Virus record (IMG/VR): IMGVR_UViG_3300020050_011573
DNA: 64,000 bases
Origin: an uncultured virus (IMG/VR IMGVR_UViG_3300020050_011573)
Lineage: Duplodnaviria; Heunggongvirae; Uroviricota; Caudoviricetes
Direction: 5' to 3' (one strand)
Every line of letters begins with the position of its first letter. Positions within the stretch are counted from its first letter, which is position 1. A program made the translations under genes and the position numbers. Below are positions 9,567-17,968 of the stretch, one piece after another. The notes under the pieces are model-generated. The model was not told the DNA's origin. It saw only the letters and a program-made list of their open reading frames with translations, and made no database searches.

Positions 9567-10298
9567 ATGCTTATCCAAACGAAAAGACACTATCGCGCTG
9601 GCGCTTTGCTCGCACTGACTCTTTTTTTCTCTCTCCTTGCGTCCGCTTGTGGCGACAAGGACACCAACCGGAAAATCGCGCTGGCCGTTGATCGAGTCGC
9701 CCAGGCTGTGGGCGATGCCGGCGAGACTCGTGAACTGCTCGTTCAGCAAGGCTTGATGGACCGAGCCAACGCATACAAGTTCACGCAGGGACTGGAAAAG
9801 GTCAACAACGCGAACAAGGCATTCAAAGTTCGCGCCGAGGCTTATGCGAAAGACTCGAACGCCGATCCGAACGCCGTCAAAGCCGATTTGAAAAGGTTAG
9901 TTGACGACATCACCAGTGGCGCCGATGAACTGGTAGCCAATGGAACGTTCGGCATCAAGGACCAAAAGAAACAGCAACAGATTCTGGCCGTTACCGCGTC
10001 CATCAGGGAGGTTGTTGCAGCGCTTGCGACGACCATTGACAACATCAAACCCAAAAAGCCCCCGGCGCAACAGGGAAATGCGGCTTTGCTGGCCATCGTT
10101 CCGCTACTCCTACTCTCATTCCGAAAAGCAATGGAATGGGTAAACCGGGAACGAGAGCGAACCGGACAAACAACAGAGGAAATCTTTGTTTCGGCTGGCG
10201 TTCAGATTGACAAGAACGATTTGGACATCGCAAATGCACTCGCCAGATATGGGCCGACCCAAGGTGATCCGGTTCCGACCAACCCTTTGAAGCTTTAA
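9567..10298 (+). CDS. Lipoprotein, possible spanin
   Basis: AGGAGG SD; signal peptide with lipobox LASA-C; helical body; second hydrophobic stretch AALLAIVPLLLLSF. Confidence 0.65.
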   Translation: MLIQTKRHYRAGALLALTLFFSLLASACGDKDTNRKIALAVDRVAQAVGDAGETRELLVQQGLMDRANAYKFTQGLEKVNNANKAFKVRAEAYAKDSNADPNAVKADLKRLVDDITSGADELVANGTFGIKDQKKQQQILAVTASIREVVAALATTIDNIKPKKPPAQQGNAALLAIVPLLLLSFRKAMEWVNRERERTGQTTEEIFVSAGVQIDKNDLDIANALARYGPTQGDPVPTNPLKL

Positions 10299-10319
10299 CC
10301 GGGAGGTGATCCACAATCT

Positions 10320-10363
10320 AGCGCGGCGAACGGCTTTTCACCACTCGCCGCGCTTTTGTTTTT
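10320..10363 (+). terminator. Rho-independent terminator
   Basis: AGCGCGGCGA...TCGCCGCGCT stem followed by a T tract. Confidence 0.7.
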
Positions 10364-10386
10364 TGGAGGCATTGGGAAAGGTAAGC

Positions 10387-10833
10387 ATGGATTGGAATGA
10401 TAGCAATTATGAAAGCTTTCGACTTGGCGGGATTCGCCCTTGGCAGCGTCCACAGATTGAGCGTAAAGCACCCCCCAACCGTGCGCCAGAACTGTTTACG
10501 CAGGCTGGAATCGCCCAGGGAGTCTGGTATCACGCACCCACGGGACAGGTAGGCATCTTGCCATTCAAATCGGCATGGCCCGGATCACAGGTCGTCGTGA
10601 AAGGACGGGGCGTTGTTGGCAGGTTCTGCTTGGTCCGATTGTCCTTTTCCTACTTTTCCGATTTTGGAGAAGTGATTTACCTGATCCCCAGAATCGAAAA
10701 AGACATTTTCCCCGCCGAGTGGGAATCAGTTGGTTTTGATTTGCCGCCCTTCATTCTTTCAGGTCTAGTTCAGGTCGAAGTGATGGCAAATGGCCAGTGG
10801 TCAAACAAGGTCAGATTCAACATCGGCTTGTGA
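10387..10833 (+). CDS. Hypothetical protein
   Basis: ORF after terminator with upstream GGAGGCATTGGG. Confidence 0.5.
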   Translation: MDWNDSNYESFRLGGIRPWQRPQIERKAPPNRAPELFTQAGIAQGVWYHAPTGQVGILPFKSAWPGSQVVVKGRGVVGRFCLVRLSFSYFSDFGEVIYLIPRIEKDIFPAEWESVGFDLPPFILSGLVQVEVMANGQWSNKVRFNIGL

Positions 10834-10918
10834 TATAATGTCCCAGCAACGACGCGAGCCAGAAAGATGCAGCAAACATCAATCTGGCTCATTCCAATCA
10901 ACCTGTTACGGAGGTTTC

Positions 10919-11488
10919 ATGCCGTCAATCTATTCTATTCCAAAGTCCGGCAAGGACAATCCCTACGTTGAAATTCTGAGTGCTGATTATCTGATCAATG
11001 CAGATGGCCAAGAGGTAAAGCGCACAAAAGCCCACCCCTTTCGACCAGCAATCATTCGCTTTCTCGAAAAGATCACTGTCAGCGAGATTCGCTTTTATGA
11101 AGCCTCTCCTTGCTGGGAGTGGCAAGGCTGTAAATCGAAGACCACAGGCTACGGCCAGTTCAAGATTGACGGTCGGAGAGGCGCAAAGCTCAGTTCCCCG
11201 CACATCTTTAGTCATCTCTACTTCATCGGCGAATATCCCGAAGGGTACGAGATTGATCATTTGTGCGAGAACCGAGGTTGTGCCAACCCTTTGCACCTGG
11301 AAGCCGTTACGACCGCTGAAAACCATCGAAGACGCATTCTCAAAAACACTCATTGCAAAAATCGCCATGAGTTTACCCCTGAGAACACTCGCATCGGTAA
11401 AAAAGGTCAGCGTATATGTAAGACCTGTAACCGGGACAGAGTAAGGGCGTTTTATGAGCACCAGTTGGCTAAACTGCCTAACATTTAA
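10919..11488 (+). CDS. Free-standing HNH endonuclease
   Basis: CWEWQG..GYGQF..H...IDHLCENRGCANPLHLEAVT.AEN plus C-terminal THCKNRHEF..RICKTC; GGAGG SD before ATG 10919; TGATATAAT extended -10 at 10831-10839. Confidence 0.88.
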   Translation: MPSIYSIPKSGKDNPYVEILSADYLINADGQEVKRTKAHPFRPAIIRFLEKITVSEIRFYEASPCWEWQGCKSKTTGYGQFKIDGRRGAKLSSPHIFSHLYFIGEYPEGYEIDHLCENRGCANPLHLEAVTTAENHRRRILKNTHCKNRHEFTPENTRIGKKGQRICKTCNRDRVRAFYEHQLAKLPNI

Positions 11489-11530
11489 CGAAAACGCAAC
11501 ATTCCGCAAGTTATCAGACCCAAACGGTAT

Positions 11531-11764
11531 ATGGATTCACAACAACGAAACGCTCCCCTAATCTGGCGCTACACCAAAAAGGCTTATCTTCGCACAGGCT
11601 GGGACCGAATAAATGATAATTGGCACTTCATTTATCGAGGTCGAAAAACATCATTTGTTTTCGCTGGAGATAAGCCGCCAGACATTGCCCGCCTTGGATT
11701 GATTGCCTTGAACCTGATCCTTCTTGGCGGGCTTATTGCCGTAATTTTTGATCTTAAGTTTTGA
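11531..11764 (+). CDS. Hypothetical membrane protein
   Basis: C-terminal hydrophobic helix. Confidence 0.5.
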   Translation: MDSQQRNAPLIWRYTKKAYLRTGWDRINDNWHFIYRGRKTSFVFAGDKPPDIARLGLIALNLILLGGLIAVIFDLKF

Positions 11765-11774
11765 GGTAATAACT

Positions 11775-11957
11775 ATGGAATTCCCTTACACAAGAGAAAC
11801 TTGCCCAGATAAAAAACAACACACTTCCTGCCCGAATGGCTACGTCGCCTGGTTTGAGTGGAGTTATCAAATGAGCAAAACCCACAAACAGATTCGCTGT
11901 AAAACTTGCAATCTTTTTACCATTTGGGTGAAAAAGAAAAAAGCGAAGGAATCATAA
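11775..11957 (+). CDS. Small Cys-rich hypothetical protein
   Basis: CP...HTSCP.GY.AW.EW...THKQIRCKTC; GAGG SD. Confidence 0.6.
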   Translation: MEFPYTRETCPDKKQHTSCPNGYVAWFEWSYQMSKTHKQIRCKTCNLFTIWVKKKKAKES

Positions 11958-11958
11958 G

Positions 11959-12004
11959 ACAAAAGAGCCAGAGAGTTTTTATGCTCCCCGGCTCTTTTGT
12001 TTTT
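11959..12004. terminator. Bidirectional terminator at the convergence of the two genome arms
   Basis: ACAAAAGAGCC...GGCTCTTTTGT inverted repeat with A and T tracts on either side. Confidence 0.75.
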
Positions 12005-12043
12005 CAGGATTCACCTTACAGCTACAACGGCATTCTACTCTAC

Positions 12044-12313
12044 CTATTCGTCCGTGTCTCCCTTCTTTTTGGCCTCAAACGCAAGCACGGTATCCAGTTT
12101 CCTTTCCATCCGTTCAAGCCGTCGTTGAAGTTCATCCATCCGCCAATTGTCGCGCCGAGCGTCTAAATGCTTTTCAGTATCCGCAATGTGTGGATCAACC
12201 TTTTTTTCTCGCCACAAGCCAAGTTCCGTAACGGTCACGTACATCTTTACCAAAATTGCAAAGTTTCCGAGTGCCGCCATTGCGAGCATGATCCAGGGAA
12301 TCATCTTTTCCAA
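12044..12313 (-). CDS. Small membrane-anchored coiled-coil protein (possible lysis accessory)
   Basis: N-terminal hydrophobic helix then DELQRRLERMERKLD coiled coil. Confidence 0.55.
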   Translation of the reverse strand: MEKMIPWIMLAMAALGNFAILVKMYVTVTELGLWREKKVDPHIADTEKHLDARRDNWRMDELQRRLERMERKLDTVLAFEAKKKGDTDE

Positions 12314-12347
12314 ATCTTTCTCCTTGAGGCACCAAGGTTGTTAACAA

Positions 12348-12713
12348 TTAAAAACTTCCACGCCGACCATTGATCTTTGCCGTGATCGTTCCCCCGCCAA
12401 CAATGTTGACCGAACAGCGGATACGAACAAAACCACCAATTGGTCGGCCAGCGACGTACTTTCCATAAAACTTGTTTGTCAGCACGACCGAAGCAACGTC
12501 AATCTCTTCGACCACAAACCAACCATTTGTATCAGCCGGATTGTCGTTGACTTCGACCACGAATTTGCCCGTCGTGAACGTGCCAACGCCCCGCAGCGAG
12601 TATTCCCAGCCGTCCACATCGCCGAGTGCAGCAACCACACCTGGCGCATTTACTGTTGTTGGAGCAGCGACCCCATCAATTGATTTGAATCCATCAGTTC
12701 CAAAAATCCACAT
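12348..12713 (-). CDS. Putative virion/tail-associated beta-rich protein
   Basis: 121 aa, GTFTTGKFVVEV..W...RIR..GGGTITAK pattern; follows the tail fibre gene. Confidence 0.55.
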   Translation of the reverse strand: MWIFGTDGFKSIDGVAAPTTVNAPGVVAALGDVDGWEYSLRGVGTFTTGKFVVEVNDNPADTNGWFVVEEIDVASVVLTNKFYGKYVAGRPIGGFVRIRCSVNIVGGGTITAKINGRRGSF

Positions 12714-12727
12714 AGTTCCCTTCCCTT

Positions 12728-15700
12728 TTAATGAATGATCCAGTTTGTGCCATCGCTGATGACCAATACTTTGTTTGAGCCACCACCCGCGACGGTTGTG
12801 TAGGTTGTCGTGCTGGTCGCGTCAGTCACGAACGCCATTGCGCCCTGCATGCCGCTTGCTGAAGCGCTGGGAAGCGTTGCGACAGTGTAATTGGTCAAAA
12901 CCGCTGTGCCAGCATTGATTACAAGCCCAGTTGCGTAGGTGTGCGCCCCTGTGCCGCTGGAAGTAGCAACAGAAGATCGAAGCGTCAGAGTCGAGGCGGC
13001 AGCGTTACCTGTACCCAGACCTGACTGATATGTCACACTTGAGCCGACCAGGTTAGAGTCTGTACCCGCTCGGGCGCTTGTGGCAGTTACGACTTGAGCA
13101 GAAGGTGTGGTAGCGTTTGCCACACCTGTTAAGGTCTGGCCTATTTGTAAGGTTGCCGCAGCGCCCCCACGACACATAAACGTGTCTGCCGCACCGCTGC
13201 CAACACTTGTGGAGTTGTTGGAGAACCGATAACAATTTCCGGAGAGAACGGTAACTTGCCCATAAAGCGCAATCTGGCCAGTGGTCGCTCCGTTTGGTAC
13301 TCGCAGACCCAAAATCGAGCCACCACTTTCCCATAATCCCGCCACCACAGGAGTTGCTATAGTTCCATAATTTTGACCAATTGTAAGCCCAGCCCAACCA
13401 GCCTCGCCGGCATTAGGCAGTATCTGCACATAGTGTGTGCTGCCATTCGACACGCCAAAAACAACTCGCTCAGAATAACCACCACCGTTTACCTGTGGCG
13501 AAAACACAAGCCGGTTATCCGGACTGGCTGCGTTTTCTACGGGCCGTAAATCCATGCGCCAGTCTACGACTTGACTTGCCGCTGTTGAAGTCGTGCGCCA
13601 GCCGCGGGCAGAAAACCTGACAGAAGGTGAATTTTGTTGCGCGCCAGCACCGGCGGCAGTTGTGTTTGTAAATACTAAGCCTTCGCTTGGAGTAGTGCCA
13701 ATTGAGGTGATGGTTTGCGTAAACGTTGGCGAAGCAAAAGCTAAATTGGTGTCCGCGAAGGTCCCAGCATTGTTGTATGGAACGATTGTGCTTGTCGGAT
13801 TGGTCGAACCCCCGCCGCCACCTGCCGCCAATGGCCCAACTTCTGTGCCGTCATCCCCCTTGTAATAGAGCTTCGACACACCAGAACCGTTGTCTTTGGC
13901 GTAAACGTAAACGCTGTTTGCCGCAGGCGTTGCTGCACTTGAAATCTCAGGCAATCGAATGCCGTTGTGATCCAGCCCCATCCGTTCGCCAAACACTTGA
14001 GAAGCGTCAACGGTATTGAAAAACATCCTGCTGACACGGCTTGCGTGAGTCGCGGTCACCCACTGCACACCAAAGCCACCAGCAAGAGTTGTTGGCGTTG
14101 TCGAAGTCTGAAGGTAAAAGTTATTTGCCGCGCCGATATTGTTCGCTGCTGTGCCGCTGGAATTGCGAACCATTGAGAAAACAGTATCGGTTGTATTGGT
14201 CGAACTGTCCGAATAGAGAACCCGCACATCTTCGGCGCCCTTGCTTTGCAGGCTGAGCCGAATATTTGAATCCGTGCCGATGGCGCTCAAGACTGGTCCA
14301 AAACCTGTTGCTCCATTTGAAATGTTCAGGTAATTGACCGCGCTCCCGTTAGGGCTAAACGTAGTCAAATTGTTGCCAGAACCGTCCTTGATACTTCCCA
14401 CCAAATACAAACTGGCAAAACGCTTCGCCGAACTTCCTAAATCAATTGTGTTATCCGATGCGGGCAAAAGGCTTGTATTGATTGCCACACTTGCCAGATT
14501 AGAGAGCGCGGTATCAGCACCGCCCCCGCCCCCGCCGCCGACACCTTCACAGGCATGCACACGCCAGCGCGAATCTGTCCCGTCATAGATTGCATCTGCA
14601 CATTGCCCCGGCGTCAGTGTCAGGTTATTACCATCACTGGTTTTGAACCGATTCGCCGCCGTTGAACCCGTTCCACTGGTCTCATTGACAAGAACAATGT
14701 CCTCTGCGCCAACATTGACAATCTTGTGAACCTGTCCAGACACTTGGGTAACAGCAAAAGTAAGTCCGGTAATTTGCCGAGATGCGTCTGTTGACCAGCG
14801 TTGAAAATAGCTGGGAATCGAAGGATTGTAGTTGTTTGTGGTTGCGGTGATTGTAGCTGGCGTATTTGGAATTGCGCGCCAGGTTGCGCCGTTCGGATGT
14901 GTGTCATCTGGCGTGGTCGGTGGTCCGATCAATCCGACTACAAACCGGCTGGCCTTATTAAATCCGACTGCCGTACAAGGCGGGCAATCTTCAGCAGCAG
15001 AGTTTGTGTCATGCCACACAAACCGCGCATCACCAGACATGTTAATCAGGCCGGACACATCCTCTCTCGTGCCCAGTTTCAGGTTCTGGCCGTAAACGCT
15101 CAGGTAAGAGCCGCCCGCCTTCACTCCAATGCCGTATTGCGACAGATAACCAAAGGTTGAATCCCAAAACGAAATTGCCGGACGATCGTAACGCCCGGAC
15201 ACATTGAAATAGACCTGCCCCATGTTGGGATAGGTGTCTGTTTTGGTTTTGATGTGAAGAGAGACATTTGAGTCACTCCCCATCATTTCAAGGATATTTA
15301 ATGGCTTGGTTGCTGTTGCGCTATTGGTCAGGTTGAAATAGTTGACCGAACTTGCCGTGGCCGTAAAGCCGACCATCCGATTGCCAGCAGAATCATCAAG
15401 TCCCGTTGTGATCCAAGGCGAAGTTGCCTTCAGGATTCCATCGCCGTAAGTTTTGATGCCGGTAACAGTCTGAGCCGCCCCCAGCATTTCAAAAGTGTCA
15501 GTTCCGCCCGGAATGGTGTGGGTATTGAGCGTTCCCACACCAGCCATATTGCCGGAAGTGTCGGCGATTGTGACGACGCTGTTTTGAATCAGTTTGCCCG
15601 TTGTGGTGTCAAACCGCGCAACCGCATTATCCGTTGCAGATCCAGGCCCAACAACATCACCAGACCCACCGCCCCCACCGCCATTTGCGATCCAACTGAG

Positions 15701-17320
15701 GACCACGTTACCACCAGAAGGAGCCGCAGCGCTCAATACCTGTCCCGCCGTTGGATCAAGCACAGGCCAGATAAAGTTGAGCGTTGAAGCCGCGTTTCCC
15801 GCTGAAATGCTCGTAATGGTTGAGCCAGCAGCATTCGCCATTGACAGTTTTCCTGTCACTGTCGAAACGAGTCCTGCAACAAATTCGCCCGTGCTGAGAA
15901 GGCGAAACCGATTTGATCCGCCCACTTGAAGCTTCAAAATATCAGTTGTGGATCCTGAAGCATTGTTCCCAACGATAGAAACATCGGTATTTGCAATAGC
16001 GTTAACCATCACTGTGCCGGTTGCTGGCACAATAGACCCGAATACCGTCCCCCCCGTCGCTTCAACGTTTACGCGCTGAATGCCGTTGGTCATCAGGCTA
16101 AAATCATGGTTGCTGCTGGTTCCGAACTGCCCAAAGCTGGAAGGAATCTGCATCTGAATGCGAGCGGTTCCAGCCCCCGTTTCGCGCCATTGCTGTGCGA
16201 GCGCTGATCCGTTTGCCACCACATCAAGAGGTAGGCCAGGCGAGGTTGTTCCAATTCCAAGCCGCTTGTTGGTGTTATCCCAAACCAAGGCATTATCGGA
16301 GAGAATGTCTTTCGATCCAGTAAAGAAGGAAATCCGGTCAGCAGTCCCGCCCGTGCTGTACACAGTGTCGGCATGCTGCCTCGTTTTTGCGAGTGTGCCG
16401 GTCCAAGCCAGGGTAAGGGCTTGCGCAGAGATTGAACCTGTTACATTGGTGTCATTTACGACGGATTGAACAACGTTTGAATTGAGCCGACCCGCTGCAA
16501 GCGTTCCCGCCCAGGTAATCGTGTGGACGTTGGATGCCGAAACCACCGTAACATTCGTATCGTTGCCGAAAGTTTGTGTCCCGCCAGTCTGAGAATTGAG
16601 CGAGGTAATGCCCGATCCACCCCCGCTCGTCTGATCCACGCCGCAGGTAAACGTTCGAGTCGTGTTGTCGTAAAGAAGTTTTGAGGTTGTCGCGTTCGAG
16701 CAAGACGGAATCACCGACGCAGCCCAGACACTGCCATCACCGACAATCACACCGTTGTTTGTGGGAGTGGATAGGCCAGTTCCCCCACGGGAGGCCGCAA
16801 GCGTTCCTGTCCATCCTGCTGTGATCGAAACGGCCCGTAAAAGCGAGGTTGCCGGATTGCCCCCCAGTGTCAGAGTAACGTTTGTGTCATTGACGTTGGT
16901 TAAGGCCCCGGCATTTGTGTAAGACGGAGCGCCCGTTGAACCCGTCGAATTGCCGAAATAGGTATTCGCCCCGGCATTCGACAAAGCAAACGCAATGGCC
17001 GGCGTTGTCGTCGGGTTGGTGACCCCCGCGGTAAACAACGGAGAGAGGTTTCCAATTGAAACCGTTGTTACTGTTCCCGATCCACCCCCGCCGCCACTGC
17101 TGACCAGCGTAACGACGCCAGTGCAATCTACGAGCGCCATTTGGCTCGATAGATTCATAAACATTCGACTGTAGGGACAAGGCGGCGTTGCTGGCGTTGC
17201 TGTTGGCCGAAACTGGTTGGCTGTAGTTGGCGTTCCGGTTGCTCCCCCAGGTTGCTGAGCAAACGATGCGCTGGTAAGAAACAGAGCGACTAAAAGAGCA
17301 ACAAAAAGATTTCGTTTCAT
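12728..17320 (-). CDS. Long tail fibre-like protein with N-terminal Sec-type signal peptide
   Basis: G/T/S/N-rich; fibre motifs GTLAASRGGTG, WDNTNKRLGIGTTSP, GDVVGPGSATDNAVARFD, ADTALSNLASVAINTSLLP, YTVATLPSA; likely start MKRNLFVALLVALFLTSASFA at 17320. Confidence 0.8.
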   Translation of the reverse strand: MKRNLFVALLVALFLTSASFAQQPGGATGTPTTANQFRPTATPATPPCPYSRMFMNLSSQMALVDCTGVVTLVSSGGGGGSGTVTTVSIGNLSPLFTAGVTNPTTTPAIAFALSNAGANTYFGNSTGSTGAPSYTNAGALTNVNDTNVTLTLGGNPATSLLRAVSITAGWTGTLAASRGGTGLSTPTNNGVIVGDGSVWAASVIPSCSNATTSKLLYDNTTRTFTCGVDQTSGGGSGITSLNSQTGGTQTFGNDTNVTVVSASNVHTITWAGTLAAGRLNSNVVQSVVNDTNVTGSISAQALTLAWTGTLAKTRQHADTVYSTGGTADRISFFTGSKDILSDNALVWDNTNKRLGIGTTSPGLPLDVVANGSALAQQWRETGAGTARIQMQIPSSFGQFGTSSNHDFSLMTNGIQRVNVEATGGTVFGSIVPATGTVMVNAIANTDVSIVGNNASGSTTDILKLQVGGSNRFRLLSTGEFVAGLVSTVTGKLSMANAAGSTITSISAGNAASTLNFIWPVLDPTAGQVLSAAAPSGGNVVLSWIANGGGGGGSGDVVGPGSATDNAVARFDTTTGKLIQNSVVTIADTSGNMAGVGTLNTHTIPGGTDTFEMLGAAQTVTGIKTYGDGILKATSPWITTGLDDSAGNRMVGFTATASSVNYFNLTNSATATKPLNILEMMGSDSNVSLHIKTKTDTYPNMGQVYFNVSGRYDRPAISFWDSTFGYLSQYGIGVKAGGSYLSVYGQNLKLGTREDVSGLINMSGDARFVWHDTNSAAEDCPPCTAVGFNKASRFVVGLIGPPTTPDDTHPNGATWRAIPNTPATITATTNNYNPSIPSYFQRWSTDASRQITGLTFAVTQVSGQVHKIVNVGAEDIVLVNETSGTGSTAANRFKTSDGNNLTLTPGQCADAIYDGTDSRWRVHACEGVGGGGGGGADTALSNLASVAINTSLLPASDNTIDLGSSAKRFASLYLVGSIKDGSGNNLTTFSPNGSAVNYLNISNGATGFGPVLSAIGTDSNIRLSLQSKGAEDVRVLYSDSSTNTTDTVFSMVRNSSGTAANNIGAANNFYLQTSTTPTTLAGGFGVQWVTATHASRVSRMFFNTVDASQVFGERMGLDHNGIRLPEISSAATPAANSVYVYAKDNGSGVSKLYYKGDDGTEVGPLAAGGGGGSTNPTSTIVPYNNAGTFADTNLAFASPTFTQTITSIGTTPSEGLVFTNTTAAGAGAQQNSPSVRFSARGWRTTSTAASQVVDWRMDLRPVENAASPDNRLVFSPQVNGGGYSERVVFGVSNGSTHYVQILPNAGEAGWAGLTIGQNYGTIATPVVAGLWESGGSILGLRVPNGATTGQIALYGQVTVLSGNCYRFSNNSTSVGSGAADTFMCRGGAAATLQIGQTLTGVANATTPSAQVVTATSARAGTDSNLVGSSVTYQSGLGTGNAAASTLTLRSSVATSSGTGAHTYATGLVINAGTAVLTNYTVATLPSASASGMQGAMAFVTDATSTTTYTTVAGGGSNKVLVISDGTNWIIH

Positions 17321-17332
17321 GGCGTTTCCAAA

Positions 17333-17372
17333 TAAAAAAAATGGAGGAAGGGCATAAACCCCGCCTCCATTG
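17333..17372 (-). terminator. Rho-independent terminator just upstream of the tail fibre gene
   Basis: AATGGAGG...CCTCCATT stem followed by a long T run on the - strand. Confidence 0.7.
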
Positions 17373-17412
17373 AATTTTTGTACCAAACAAAAGGTGATCG
17401 TCAGGAAAGAAC

Positions 17413-17889
17413 TTATTGACCGGCTTTATCCGGCTTTGTAGGAGCGTCACCGCCCGACTTTACGGGAGCGTCCTCTTTTTTTTGAGTCGGCGGACAGGAA
17501 AACACCCACGCGCCATTTTGATTCTTCAAAGCTGTGCAGTTCTCCGCTTCGGCTTCTTTCATCTGAAGCTTGAACGCGACTTGAAATAAGATCGTTTGAG
17601 ATTTGGCCCTCGCCGCTTCGAGCCTGGCCGAATGAACGGCGATTTCCTGAACCGTCGTTTCATAATCGGCGCTTTGCTGTGGCGGGAATGCCCGAAGGAT
17701 TGGTTGATCCGCAGGCGCCGGTTTTGCTGGCAGTTGCGGCGTTTGCTGGATCATTCCAGTTGCCGCAGCCGTGGGAAAAGTGAAAAGAGGTTTTGAAGAT
17801 GAGCTTAAAGTAAGAGCAAAAGCGACCAAGGCGATAATGCTCAAAAACGCGCCAAAAATACTATTTCGTTTCAAGGTGTTTGCCTCCAT
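17413..17889 (-). CDS. Secreted or membrane-anchored coiled-coil protein
   Basis: N-terminal KRN plus hydrophobic helix, helical core, Cys pair NC...FSC. Confidence 0.6.
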   Translation of the reverse strand: MEANTLKRNSIFGAFLSIIALVAFALTLSSSSKPLFTFPTAAATGMIQQTPQLPAKPAPADQPILRAFPPQQSADYETTVQEIAVHSARLEAARAKSQTILFQVAFKLQMKEAEAENCTALKNQNGAWVFSCPPTQKKEDAPVKSGGDAPTKPDKAGQ

Positions 17890-17897
17890 TTATCGTT

Positions 17898-17927
17898 AAA
17901 AAGCGGGGCAAGTAGTCAACTCGCCCC
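17898..17927 (-). terminator. Rho-independent terminator
   Basis: GGGGCGAGT-loop-ACTTGCCCC followed by GCTTTTT on the - strand. Confidence 0.65.
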
Positions 17928-17968
17928 TAAAATGCACAAATTACACACGGTAAGAATATACCCGAATG

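Noticed and set aside
10925..11509. 194-aa antisense ORF over the free-standing HNH
   Set aside because: Codon-aligned antisense shadow with no motifs, unlike the intein case where both strands have recognisable domains.
17321..17386. ORF-track N-terminal extension of the tail fibre
   Set aside because: Runs through a terminator hairpin; ATG 17320 gives a clean signal peptide.
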